Shown: piece by piece, positions 24,885-39,480 of the stretch | Numbering within the stretch: the stretch's first letter is position 1 | Layout: every line of letters starts with the position of its first letter | Origin: Octopus sinensis | Taxonomy: Eukaryota | Direction of reading: 5' to 3' | DNA: 64,000 bases | NCBI RefSeq assembly: GCF_006345805.1 | Contig: NC_043004.1 | Location: 59,024,001 to 59,088,000, forward strand | Translations under genes and position numbers: made by a program | Notes under the pieces: model-generated | The model's database searches: none | What the model was told of the DNA's origin: nothing | What the model saw: the letters and a program-made list of their open reading frames with translations, nothing else

Positions 24885-25480
24885 TTGACGCGATCTTCGG
24901 CGATCTCTGGACAGTTGTGTTACGTAGCAAGCGCAAAGAGAAAGGCTTCAAGACTACCAGAGCAGGACAGAAAGCTTAGATGTCACACATGTGTGATAAA
25001 AGGTCATTTAAGTGCTCTCTGCTTTCAAAGAGCTGGAAAAACTGAAAGGAAAATAAGACAGTATTTGTTGTAGCAGCCTATAGTTTAAGGCATAACTAGT
25101 TGTATCTCCGAAAACGTTTGGAAGAGAGAGCCTCGCCTTAGGCTTGTGTTCCGGCAAAAAGTGCCACCCGAATGAAGAAAGAGATGCTGCAAAATCACTG
25201 ATACCACAGGAGACAGACACAAAGACAAGAAACAGAACTGCAAGCAATGAAAATATTTTGCAACAGTAGGGAAGCGAAAAGTGTGAAAAGACAGGCCTAT
25301 TCTCTCCACCTCCGGCAGTCGGTGAAATTTGCAGCTGTTCTGCACAACGACAAAGAACTGGCTTAGTTACTGAACAAACTGTGGGAAGAGAAGGGAAGAA
25401 TTTTGTCTTGATTGAGATATAGTCTATTATTGTGGATGACTTGAATGACAGACTGATAGCGAAAATCACATTATTAGTCT
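24885..25480 (+). mobile_element. Possible decayed gag-like remnant with a CCHC zinc knuckle
   Basis: CHTCVIKGHLSALC (24981-25022) fits C-x2-C-x4-H-x4-C; surrounding frames are broken; no pol or LTR seen. Confidence 0.35.
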
Positions 25481-26566
25481 GTAATCAGCGAACGTACTAT
25501 GAATGATGTGAAAGATTTCTTACCCAGTCTGACATCGAAGGTACTAGGATTTTCATGCGTGCCAGTTTCAACACCTGGAAGTCTGGTCAAGTCGTTGAGT
25601 GTTCTGACCAACTCTAGCTGATAGATTCTCACCCATATATGGGTTGTCTTCCTTCTCTGTTTTTCATACTGCTTACGTTGTGTCTTAAGTGATTATCATG
25701 TTCTTTTATGATACTCATTTCTTTATTTTACGTACTTGTAACGTCTCTGAACCTCACCTAATTTTCAAATAACTTCGCTTTGCCCAGTCTCACGACACTC
25801 CTTGTAACCCTTATAAATATTTTTTTGTATATTTGATGACAATATTAAAGAAATTATTCTCAATATTAAAGTACACCTAGGCACCACTGGCGAGTAACTA
25901 TGGCTTAAGAGGTAACATTCATTCACTAATTGATTTTTTTTCACTTCCTGCGTAGTCGTGAGTATAATCTTACTCTTTTCAAAATTCTGGCTTTATGAGT
26001 ATCTTGGAAACTGGCAAACCTGCAATACAACTCTCGTGTCCCAAAGTAACACTATGCATATATGTAGGAATTGAAAGGCCAATATTGTAATAACGTACAT
26101 TAGTATTTCATTTAATCTTGCGGCAAATGTGAATATGTAAACATTCTCATACCTGTACTATTTAGATAATACGCGTTGACTTAATACAAAAAAATGTCGC
26201 AGTAAAGTATAACCATTGTTTGTTTTGATCCAAACGTTATTGACTGAATGAACATTTCTGAATAGTCATACGTCTCATGGTTCTCAAATATCGTTTGAAT
26301 TTGAATCTTCTGTATTAACTACAAATACTCGTTGTTAAGTAATCAAAAGCAACAAAAGTATTTCGAGAAGATATCTAGACCTTCGTAAATGTGTTCGATT
26401 GTGAATTACATAAGCGGTTCACTTATTTAGGCGTAGGTGAATAAGCGTGTTGTTCAGATTTCAAACCGACTACCATCATCACCATTCTCATCAGTCACTT
26501 CTTTTCTGTGTCTCTTTATTCACATATGTCTTTCAATTTTTAATTCTCTCTATTGTACTCTTCCAG

Positions 26567-26635
26567 AGACTGGCCGACAGGGGAAAGAAATTAAAAGATA
26601 GTAATGTTAAAAAAGAAAAAAAGCAAGGCGCTTGA
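26567..26635 (+). CDS. Candidate terminal coding exon, unknown gene (RLADRGKKLKDSNVKKEKKQGA*)
   Basis: Strong polypyrimidine acceptor TTTTTAATTCTCTCTATTGTACTCTTCCAG|; Lys-rich frame ending in TGA; AATAAA near 27252; no homology recognised. Confidence 0.25.
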   Translation, partial: RLADRGKKLKDSNVKKEKKQGA

Positions 26636-27450
26636 CGTCGCAGAAACGTACCGCTGCCATCCTCCTCCACCTCATCCTCATTATCATCATCATCATCGTC
26701 GACATCATTACTTTTCTTTCTCCGTCTCTGTTTCTCTACTCATGCGCCTCATATTCTCTCACTCTCACTCTTTCCTCTTTACCCTCTCTCTTCTCTCCAA
26801 TTCTCTTCCCTCCCCTCTCTCTTCCCCCTCTCTCTTCCCTCCTCTCTCTTCTCTCCTCTCTCTCTTCCCCCTCTCTTCCCTCCTTCTCTCTCTCCCTCTC
26901 TGTATTTCGCTATTCCAAAGACAGAAGAAGAGAAAGAAAAATTGCCACTACTGCTCTAATTCAAATATCTATCTTTCTATAAAATCCTTCTTGACAAACA
27001 GTACAGAGTGCTGTAGTTTGAATGGAATTACGCCGTTATTTCTCAAAATTTATGCTACACAAAATCTCCAAGAAAAATGTCGAATAGCAAAATATATGGC
27101 TTTTTGGGAATTTGTTTTAGTAGTTTATGAATACAAGGCGGGATCATACACACAGACAACTCTCATTTATATGTATAGAGATAACAGATAAAGTATTACG
27201 TATCTTTATGTTCAGAGAAAAATTATCTTTCAACCCTTTTAAAGGTGATAAAATAAAGTACTAGTCAGGAACTGTATCTATTTACTCGACCGTACGTTTC
27301 GGCCCAAATTTATGGGCTTGCTTCTATATTAAAAACCATTATGAAGAAATCAATATTCTGAAGAAACTGAAACGGCAGAGCATCGTATGTACTTATGTTC
27401 CTGAGTTCAAATCACATTGAGCTCGATTTTCCACTTCTATCAATTTAGAC

Positions 27451-28035
27451 CAGGGGTTCTCAACCAATTTTTATCTAAAGACCCCTTTGATTACTATTTT
27501 ATTCTGGTGGAGCCCCGTAGCCCTTCGACGTTTAAAAATTAGTTTTATAGATACTTCTTTCAAAATTCCTATCTTCTTTTTCACACATTAACATTTGTTA
27601 TTGGTTGAACTATGTAAAATGTTAGGGAAAGGAACTTGGCTGTTTCCTGCTATACATACCAATTACATACATCTAAAGCAGGGGTTTTCAGTCATTTTTC
27701 AAATCTATGGACGCCATTGATTGCTATTTTATTCTGGTGAACCCCCCTCCCCATAGCCATTCAATGTTTAGAAACTAGTTTTATAGAAACTTCTTTTAAA
27801 ATTACTATTTTGTTATTCACACCTTGACTTCTTTAGGTTGAACTATGTAAAATGCTAGAGAAGGAAACTGAGGTGTTTCTTGCTAAACATACCAATACAT
27901 ACATCTTAAGCAAAATTTTTTCAGGTACCCTTAAAATACTATTGTGGGTCCTCAGTTCACTGTTTTGTTGTGTGAACCCTAAAAGATCTTATATGGAGCC
28001 TCAGGGACCACATGGACCCCGGTTGAGAACCACTG
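27451..28035. mobile_element. hAT MITE with internal tandem duplication of its left 228 bp
   Basis: TIRs CAGGGGTTCTCAACC / GGTTGAGAACCACTG; 8-bp TSD ATTTAGAC / GTTTAGAC; second left-end copy starts at 27679. Confidence 0.85.
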
Positions 28036-28175
28036 GTTTAGACGGTATGGTCTTTATGAAACTCATTTGAATAAAACGGCAGTCGATCGCTGATAGTCTG
28101 TAGGGGTATCGATTCTATAAATTGGTCCTTCATCTTCAAAATGTGTGACTTACTACTCTACAAGTCTTTCATATT

Positions 28176-28552
28176 GGTTTCAAATTTTGGTATAAGGTCA
28201 GTGTTTTTTGGGAATGGGGTAAGTCGATTTCATTGACCTCAGTGTACAATTGGCAATCATTTTATTGACCTCGATAGGATGAAAGGCAAAGTGGATGTCG
28301 CTGGCATTTGAACTCATAACATGAAGAAACAAAAAATACTGTTTAGCGTTTTTGCCTGGCGTGCTAACGACTCTGTCAGCTCGCCTCCTCCTACAAGTCT
28401 TTAATATTACTAGTATTAATATAAGGCGGCGTGCTGAAACAATAGCTAGCATGACGAGCGAAATGCTTAGGGGCATTTCGTCCCGGTATTCACGTTCTGC
28501 GTTAAAAGTCCTCTGAGGTCCACTTTGCATTTCATCCTTGTACCAAACTTTA
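28176..28552. mobile_element. Head-to-head SINE family E pair (28176-28390 minus; 28423-28552 plus, partial)
   Basis: Minus copy flanked by 18-bp TSD CTACAAGTCTTT(C/A)ATATT (28158, 28391). Confidence 0.85.
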
Positions 28553-28578
28553 AAGCCAATATTACTATTATTATTATA

Positions 28579-28644
<66 letters not shown>

Positions 28645-28645
<1 letters not shown>

Positions 28646-28855
28646 TATGTTTGACTTTTGCTTTATGTCTGTACAAGTTGGCTCCAAGTCTCACCTAGAG
28701 ACCTCAAGAGACAACAGGTTGGAAGTTCACGTTGTTGTTATGCCTAGTGTGCCATATATTTGGTTTGTTTTTTGGTGTTGTACTAGTGAATGTCTAATAC
28801 ATAAATTTAAAAAAAAAAGTTTGTTTTAAACCTTGAGATTACATAGAGAGTATTT
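28645..28855 (-). mobile_element. R4/Dong-like 3' UTR fragment with (AAT)n tail (second copy 41575-41800, plus)
   Basis: ..GTTGTCTCTTGAGGTCTC.GGGTGAGACTTGGAGCCAACTTGTACA..GCAAAAGTCAAACATA-(AAT)n in both copies; clade assignment from recognition. Confidence 0.6.
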
Positions 28856-28892
28856 TGCGTAAGATATGAGCAGTTCCCATATTATTATTATT

Positions 28893-29582
28893 ATTGAGTG
28901 AGAGAGCAGTTCATGCCATCAAAGTGACACTGGGGTAAAATATACGAAGCCCAATATACCCATCATGACTACCCGTCTGATAAAGGTACACCAGGCACAT
29001 GCATCACAACCATATGTGCGCGACATGGTGATCTCATATCAAGCTAAACAGCACATGACCTTGCAGGTGGGGGCCTAGTTAGAATTTTCTTCAGGTTGAG
29101 TAGCCCATCCCGCTCAAAAGGTCCCTGAATAAGGGTTGTTTAAGGATGTTGAAAGAACCACCCATGTTTCCAGAGGTGAACTATTCAAACCCCAAAGAAT
29201 CCCTCTCAACACATGGCTATGATGCTCCCCCACTACTTCTGCTCGTGATCAGAGATGCACATATCGTCAGCCACTAAGGGACATGCTCAACTGGTTAAGG
29301 TCAAACAACTGACAAGCAAATCTGTGGTATTGAGCAGAATATTTGCTGTAGCCTATCTTTTATACCAAGACAAAACAATGTACATGATAACACTTCCAAT
29401 CAGTTAAGATCAGAAGCCATGAGAGCCACTGCCTGGTACTGCATCAGGGCATTGGTACTGCATCAGGGCATTGGTACTGCATCAGGGCATTTATACTGCA
29501 TCAGGCATTGGTACTGCATCAGGGCATTGGTACTGCATCAGGGCATTGGTACTGCATCAGGGCATTGGTACTGCATCAGGGC

Positions 29583-29585
<3 letters not shown>
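28893..29585 (-). mobile_element. ~690-bp non-coding element embedded in (ATT)n, with its terminal 19 bp repeated 8 times
   Basis: (ATT)n on both sides; GGTACTGCATCAGGGCATT x8 at 29435-29585; second copy at 22440-22915. Confidence 0.8.
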
Positions 29586-29661
<76 letters not shown>

Positions 29662-29949
29662 TAATTCCGGGTCAATCTTGATCGAGCTGGCGTATGGACA
29701 AACATTATTCCAGCTGCGATTCCACATTATTCCAGTTTCCACATGGTTCAGCGTATTCTTTATTTTATATACTGGCAGCATATAGTTTTTGTCAGAGTTG
29801 GTTTTTGGCCGTGTATAGTGTTCACTCAATGCTCAAGTTGTTCATTGCGGTTGCAAAATGGTGACGGTGATGATGTTGAAATTGTTCTTGTCGATGGCCT
29901 AGTTATAGTTTCTGTTGTTGCTGCATACATACATACACGCACACACACA

Positions 29950-30002
<53 letters not shown>

Positions 30003-30130
30003 GCGCATTCATACATACGTACATACACACACACACGCACACACACATATGGATACATATAAACTTATTACAGTATTTGATATTTACACATACGCATCTC
30101 TCTCTCACTCTCTCTCTCCCAATATATATG

Positions 30131-30178
<48 letters not shown>

Positions 30179-30238
30179 TGGTAAAAACGGTAAGATAACA
30201 AAAGAAAGAAAGAGACCTCAATATTATGTAAATAGAGG

Positions 30239-30290
<52 letters not shown>

Positions 30291-31209
30291 CTTATACACA
30301 CACATACTCACACAAACAAACATGCAGTTAGAGAGACATACATGCACATCCATATTTATTTGCAGGCAAGCATATATTATATACATTCATATCTACATGC
30401 GTATATATACCTGCCCACTTTGAAGCATACATACACATATATGTACACTGCTTTCTTTGTCCCTCTTTGATGTAGTTGCACTGAGTGATTGCAGTCTGTG
30501 TTCTGCTGTATTATAGTAGCTGTTACAGTGATTGTTTCTCTTGCTATTGTTGCAAATAGCTGCATCCATTATTGTTGCAGTTGCTGCTATCTCTATCATC
30601 GGTTTCTTTGCACTTAATGCTACTGTTCTCTTGCTTGTTTTTTTTATATTTTGCTGCACTGACTACAAAATATCAGTGCGATCTTGTTGTTGTTGTTGTT
30701 GTTGCTGCTGTTGTTATTTAGCCCAAGGTCAGCATTGATTGAGCAGACTGATGATCAAATACATCACAGTTACAACTATCTTGTCTTCTCCTTCAGATGT
30801 AGTATATATCTGAAACTGCTTTATCCAACATATCTTTCATCGTTTTAATTACATTAAGATGAGATATAAGGATTATTTGACTCGGTTAGTGTTGTTGCTA
30901 ACTATTTAAAAAAAAATTACCTATTTCTGTTGATCTTAAGTCGCTGTTGTTGCTAACCACTTCTCGTGTTCTCATTTTGTTCCCAGTTATCCTATTCCTG
31001 TTGTTGCAAATGACTTCCGTGTTTTCACCATCTGCTTTGATGTTACATTGCTATTGTTGCTAACTACGTTTCATATTTTCATTACTTGCTTTTCGTGATC
31101 GAAAGTTGCTGCTGTTGCCAAATTCTTCTCTTGCTCTCATTACCTGCGTCAAATAGCTTCACACTGCTGTTGTTGCTAACAATTCTCGTATTGTTTACTG
31201 TTTCCAATC

Positions 31210-31593
31210 GGAGGCGCAATGGTCCAGTGGTTAGGGCAGCGGACTCGCGGTCGTAGGATCGCGGTTTCGATTCCCAGACCGGGCGTTGTGAGTGTTTATT
31301 GAGCGAAAACACCTAAAGCTCCACGAGGTTCCGGCAGGGGATGGTGGTGATCCCTGCTGTACTCTTTCACCACAACTTTTTCTCACTCTTACTTCCTCTT
31401 TCTGTTGTACCTGTATTTCAAGGGGCCGGCCTTGTCACTCTTTGTGTCACGCTGAATATCCCCGAGAACTACGTTAAGGGTACACGTGTCTGTGGAGTGC
31501 TCAGCCTCTTACACGTTAATTTCACGAGCAGGCTGTTCCGTTGATTCGGATCAACCGGAACCCTCGTCGTCGTAACCGACGGAGTGCTTCCAC
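31210..31593 (+). mobile_element. tRNA-derived SINE family B, full length
   Basis: GGAGGCGCAATGG.CCAGTGGTTAGGG..GGTTTCGATTCCC head; tail GTCGTAACCGACGGAGTGCTTCCA; near-identical copies at 55356 and 61336. Confidence 0.95.
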
Positions 31594-32589
31594 ATAGTCA
31601 TAAGTCACCCTCACTCAGTAGACCGATGACAAAAGCGTTCTAACTGAGACTAGCACATTTTTTATATGGATACAATGTATCTAAACTTACAAATAAAATC
31701 TCATTAGTTTTTTTTCAATCGGAAGGTAGTTATTTAAGAGAGATTTGGTTGTTATTTCTAGTAGATCAAGTAACCACGCGGACGCCTTCTCACTGATCCA
31801 TCTTCATTTTTGTGCTCACATCTCTAAACTTCTTAAACCTCTAATTCCTATCCATTTGTTGTCCTACCGTGACCAACACAAGTCAAAGAATGAATCTCTG
31901 TATGGTTGTTCTCCTTGCGAGAAATAGCAACTAAATATCCCTCGAAACACACTTTAGCATCTTACATCGAAAATACAGCATAGTGTATTCTTTCATGCTC
32001 TTATACAAACAAGATGGTCACGGCCGGAATATCTTCGATCATATTACTGTTCCAACAGAACCAACCGGGGTTACACAACAACAGCAACAAAGTAATGAGG
32101 TCAAAAACACATCTACGTGGTCACTCGGCCAGCTAAACGTAGCAGCTCAAACTCCCTCAAAACTTACACTGCTCACGTAAACTGTGAAATGACATTTTTG
32201 ATAATGTTTTATATAATCAATAAAAGACCGGATGGCGACGACTGAATGCCTTTAACTATAGTTCTAATAGATCAGGAATGTCCAAGAACTAAAACAACAA
32301 CAACGACAACAACACCTACTATATGAACAACAACACTAAAATCATATCATAGTGTCAATTGATACCATTCTTGCAGTCGTGTTCTTCTCAGTCTTCTTAC
32401 AACTTGTTGCTTGACTCAGTTCAATAATCAATAGATTTTATATAACTCTGCAGTTTTATCTGACGACCTTCCGGCGTCATGCGGTAATGTATGTTTTTGA
32501 ACATGTGTATATACTTGCATAGGTAGATAGGTACATACATGCTGTCATGCATCCATGCATACATATGTATATGAATTCTTGCATGCTAA

Positions 32590-33049
32590 ATTACATGCAT
32601 AGAGATATGCGAACGTACACACATATGTACACGCAATATACACATGTAAAGCACGTATACATGTAACTATGAATACACGTATATGCGTTGTTATGTGTGT
32701 TTATGGATTCTTGTATGCGCTGCATGTCTGTGTATGTATACGTATGCGTGTGGGCATGTACGTGTTTGTATGTAATTACGCAAGTACACACACACATGTA
32801 TGTATATATATATATATATTGGTGTATGTACATATTCATGCTTATATGAATATATATATATATATATATGTGTGTATATATATATATATATATTTATTAG
32901 AGAAACATAATTGTATATACATGTGCGTGATTGTGTGTGTGTATACAAACACACATATATACACATATATAATTGCATAATCCTGTATTTATACAGATAC
33001 ACCAACGAACATCTATATCTGCACGCACGGGCACACACACGCACACAGG

Positions 33050-33087
<38 letters not shown>

Positions 33088-33726
33088 TGCATAGATTTGT
33101 ATTTCCACTTAATCATATTTAGTTCATACACTTGTTTCCCAAAATAAAATTATTCATTTACACATATTTATATGTTACGTACACATACATACAAACACAT
33201 ACGACACACTCAAACATTCACTCACACACATTTATACATAGCTAGCTAGGTAGATAAATACATACATACATACACATATATTTATATGTACTTCGATGCA
33301 CACGGATGTTGATATATATATATATATATATATATTGTGTATTATATATATATGAGTTACAGCATGATGTGTACCAATGGTTACATATTATATAGCTATA
33401 CCCTACGGGATATAATGAGGGTCTGCGGCTAATATTCCCGATTATGCTCATTTAATAAGGGTCATTTCACCAATACTACCGTTATATGGCGCATATCCGT
33501 AGCTACGTGTCATTATTGATTCGGTATAATTTACTGTAGCGCAGGTAATTTGCAGAAAGAGAGTCGTGGAGGGGTAGATATTGGATTTGTGGGTATTGGA
33601 GAAGCATAGTCTTCCTGTGTTGTTTATGTTATTGGATTAGGTGAGCAGTAACTGTGTCCGTAGGGTATAGAATTAATAAACGATGTAGCCTGAAGATTAA
33701 TCAATAAAAATTCCTTTCTGCAATTG

Positions 33727-33810
<84 letters not shown>

Positions 33811-33864
33811 GTATGTATGCATATGTATATGTGTACGCACACACACACACACACACACACACAC

Positions 33865-33910
<46 letters not shown>

Positions 33911-34920
33911 TATATATATGAATGCATATATATACGTATATGCATATATATATATATGTACATATATATACATACATATACATGCATATATATATATGTA
34001 GACGTATATGAATGCATATATATATATACATATACATGCATATATATCTGCGCGTGCATACGTGTGTGTGAGTGTCTGGGTAATGCTTATGTGTCTATGA
34101 ATGAGTGTGCGTGTATATATGTATGCACATTTTTCACACACACACACTTTTCCTTTCTAACACATATATACAAACTCATATATTTACAAAAATACATTTA
34201 TCCAGTATGTTTAGTTAGGTTGCGTATATGCAACAAAACATAAGCACGGGTATAATATTAAACGGTTGTATACATACATACAAGCATACATACATACGTA
34301 GACATATGCACACGTATATACACGCATACATGCATGCATACATACAAACACAGACCCAGGTACAATATTAAACGGCTGTATACATACATAGATACATGCA
34401 TACATACATACATACATGCATGCATGCATACATCGATGCATACATACAAACAAGCTGAAAAGAATGAAATTAATGTTACCCACACATCTTTTGTTGACGA
34501 CCTAAAGTTATTTACATACATGCATTCATACATACATACATACATACATACAAACATACATACATACATACATGCATACATACATACATACATACATACA
34601 TACATACATACAAACATACATACATGCATACATACATACATACATGCATACATACATACATACAAACATACATACATACATGCAAACATACATACATACA
34701 TACATACATACATAATACATACACACATACATACATACATACACACATAATACATAATACATACACACATACATACATACATACATACATAATACATACA
34801 TACATACATACAAACATAATACATACATACATACATAATACATACATACATACATACATAATACATACATACATTCATACATACATACATACATACATAC
34901 ATACATACATACATACGTAA
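32590..34920. repeat. Compound (TA)n/(CA)n/(CATA)n microsatellite field
   Basis: Direct reading; source of the YI/TH/MYVC ORFs. Confidence 0.95.
33396..33670. mobile_element. Putative Tc1/mariner-like MITE
   Basis: Perfect 13-bp terminal inverted repeat CTATACCCTACGG / CCGTAGGGTATAG (compatible with a TA target) around ~250 bp of non-coding sequence. Confidence 0.45.
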
Positions 34921-35161
34921 ACATCTATATATTCACAGTAATTATGATGCTGTTGATCTTGTTGCTCTTGTTGTTGTTGTTGTTGTTGCATTTGTTATTT
35001 TTACAGTTGTTTAGCCTGGGGTCATCTCTGGTTAAATAAATCCGTGATCACTGATATTTCAGCCACATCCATCCATCATTTTTTTTCCAAGCAAATTGTC
35101 CAGTTTAAAAATCAAACCTGGAATTCTATGTTGGCGTAAGAACAGTTTTCTCTAAATCTTT

Positions 35162-35379
35162 TCACTCATTTTTTATCGTCTCTTTCAGAACGGCTGAGAA
35201 TTGATGAGACCCGATGATTCCTGCTGTGTAACATGGCTGCAAGTTGGCTGTGTCGGTAAAGCGTCTGAAAGAATTTGTTGTATTCATTCCAACTATCTGC
35301 ACTCCGTGTTCAAATGTCCACAAGGTCAACTTGCCTATGATCCTTTCTGCTTCTTTGTCTTCTCCGAAAGAAATTGGTT
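35162..35379 (-). CDS. Candidate coding exon, unknown gene
   Basis: Acceptor TCTTTGCCTTCTCCAG|; 72 open codons EPISFGEDKEAERIIGKLTLWTFEHGVQIVGMN..; in-register antisense frame also open; no homology recognised. Confidence 0.25.
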
Positions 35380-35446
35380 CTGGAGAAGGCAAAGACCTCT
35401 AACTTTAAAATACCCTGGGTTTTCCATACATCACGACAGCACACCT

Positions 35447-36005
35447 GTGGAGGCACATGGCCTAGTGGTTAGAGCAGCGGACTCGCGGTCGAGGGTCGCG
35501 CGTTTGAATCTCAGTCTGGGCGACGTGTGACCATTTTATAGTGGTATTGAGTTTGTAGTGGCGGAGAGGAATATAAGACAGTACAAGAGGGTGATGGATG
35601 AGGAGAAAGTGAGAGAGAGAACATATGTGTATGTGTGTGTGCGTCTGTGTGTGTTTTTGTATTTTGGGATGAGTGCTAAAGAAAAAGAGGGGAAGGGAGA
35701 AGGAAGAAGAAGAAAAGAAGTTTTTTTGTCTGCTGGACAGTATGTATGTATGTATGTACGTGTGGAGACCGGGCGATATGTGTGTTTATGAGAGAAATAC
35801 CTAAGCTCCACGCGGCTCCGGCAGAAGGTAATGGTGTACTTCTGCTGACTCTTTCGCCACAAATTTCTCTCACTCTTTCCTCCTGCATCTTGCAGCTCAA
35901 CTGCGACGGACCGGCGTCCTATCCAGGTGGGGAACCTATACGTCAAGGAAACCTGGAAACCGGCCCTTATGAGCCAGACATGGCTCGAGAAGGAACAAAA
36001 AAACA
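35447..36005 (+). mobile_element. tRNA-headed SINE family D with a ~236-bp non-SINE insert (35529-35764)
   Basis: Head GGAGGCACATGGCCTAGTGGTTAGAGCAGCGG..; body GAGACCGGGCG..GAAGGAACAAA; insert plus body duplicated at 52371-52850. Confidence 0.85.
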
Positions 36006-36059
36006 AACAGCACCCCTACAAATCTTCCAGACGGTTAAAATCCTAGGAAGGAAGCATCC

Positions 36060-36530
36060 TTAACTTGTTGAGTCTCGCGGAAGCGGCATTGCTCATGGCC
36101 TTTGCCGAACCTCTGAGACTAGTGAGCATGATATTGTTAATTTTTCGTTTAAACACTTGCAGATCATCACACGCAGAAAAGCCATGAGCAGAAAAATGGT
36201 TCTACGGGGTTGATGTTCTATGAAGAGAGGGATTGGTATGATGGCTAGTTTGAGGTCTAGGAATTAAATGTACCATGAGTGATATTAAGTGGAAAGACAA
36301 GTGAATTGGGTGCTTAAATGGTGGGCGTACGAGACGAGCGAGCTCCAGGAACGGATGTCATTATAACCGCGACAGAACGTAAAAAGAACGGAGATAAGCC
36401 GCCTGTGAGTCAGATGCTGGAATATGCCCGTTAGAGATTTAATATCATTTAGTAGACATGCTCTTCTCTGGATGCAATCGTGGAAGGCTTGAGTGCCAAG
36501 TAGTAGCATCATTCTAGAAATGGATACATT
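36060..36530 (-). mobile_element. Decayed CR1/L2-type LINE, RT C-terminus and 3' end
   Basis: Frameshifted AFHDCIQRRA..LTHRRLIS.LF.F.RGYN..ELARLVRPPFKHP..DDLQVFKRKIN. Confidence 0.65.
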
Positions 36531-37264
36531 ACTCTTTTATGTGCTTCAGGTTATCAGATGTTATAGGGGACAAAATATTTTTTGGCTTGAGATGTGGTCC
36601 TCACAATAATGGAATTGTTGTACTAGAGTTTTTTTAATTAGTATTTCTGTTATGTAACAGAATATTGTCATTTATTTTTTGGGGGGTCACAAAGTGAAGA
36701 CATGGGATCTGCAGTCCTGACATTTGGTTTTAACGTGGGCACCTTTACAACTTACCAAGTCTGTTCACTATCGATATCTTTCAGAAAGAAAGAGAAAGAG
36801 AGAGAGAGAGAGAGAGAGAACAAAGAGAAGGAGAGAGGGGGAGAGGGGAGACAGAGGGAGAGAGAGAACGACAAGCTGTAAGAAAGTAAAAAGACATTCC
36901 ATCTGCTAAAGTCATTCGCAGTAGAATATGCTTGCCCAAGGTACTGTGCAGTGAGACTGAACCCAAAACCACATGACTGCGGAGGGAACTTCTTAATTCT
37001 TAACGATACAACCAAAATTTTAAAACAAAATTTCTTAATGATATTTAGTTTCAATAGGAACAATATATTCTTTCTCTGTCTGCCTGTCTGCTTGCCTGTC
37101 TGTCTGTCTGGCTCTCTCTCTCTCTCTCTCTCTCTCTCAGTGTCTTTCACTCAGTCTGTCTGCCTGTTTGACTATCTGCCTCATTCTCTCTCCTTCTGTC
37201 TATGTCTCTGTTTCTGTCTGTCCGTCTCTTTGTCTGTCTGTCTCTATCTGTCTATCTCTCTTTC

Positions 37265-37302
<38 letters not shown>

Positions 37303-37799
37303 ACCCACGTTTCTTCTCGAGCATTTTTTCTTATAATTTCCAATACAATTAAATACAGTAGTTTTTAATTCCTACATATTCTTTCTTGCCTTCATTTATA
37401 TAATCCCTTCCCAATTTCCTTCATTACAACCAGTTCTCCCATTCTCTTTGTTTTACATTTTCCCTTTTTTCCCTTTTTCTTTCTTTCGTCCCTTTTCTCA
37501 TTTCTTTCTTCTTTCTTTTCTCCCTTCATTCCCAATATTGCACCAAACAACCTACAAATTGCCGTATAACTGCAGCGCAAGTAATAGGAAATATAGTTTC
37601 TAGTGGGAATTACCACCACGTATGTGTATACGTAAAACATACAATTTTCATCTATATATTCACCAGTATATCCATCCATCCATCCATCCATCTAACCATC
37701 TCTTTCTATATAACTGTCTCCCTCTATATATATATCTGTCTCTCTCTCTCTAAAAACCTTTCTCTATATTCATACATATATGCGTATAAGCATACATAA

Positions 37800-39480
<1,681 letters not shown>

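Noticed and set aside
29435-29585. 19-bp repeat array as a CRISPR-like array
   Set aside because: Head-to-tail units without unique spacers, eukaryotic context, no cas genes; it is the reiterated end of a repeat element
31210-31290. tRNA-like heads here and in other SINE copies as tRNA genes
   Set aside because: Cloverleaf pairing is incomplete and each continues directly into a SINE body
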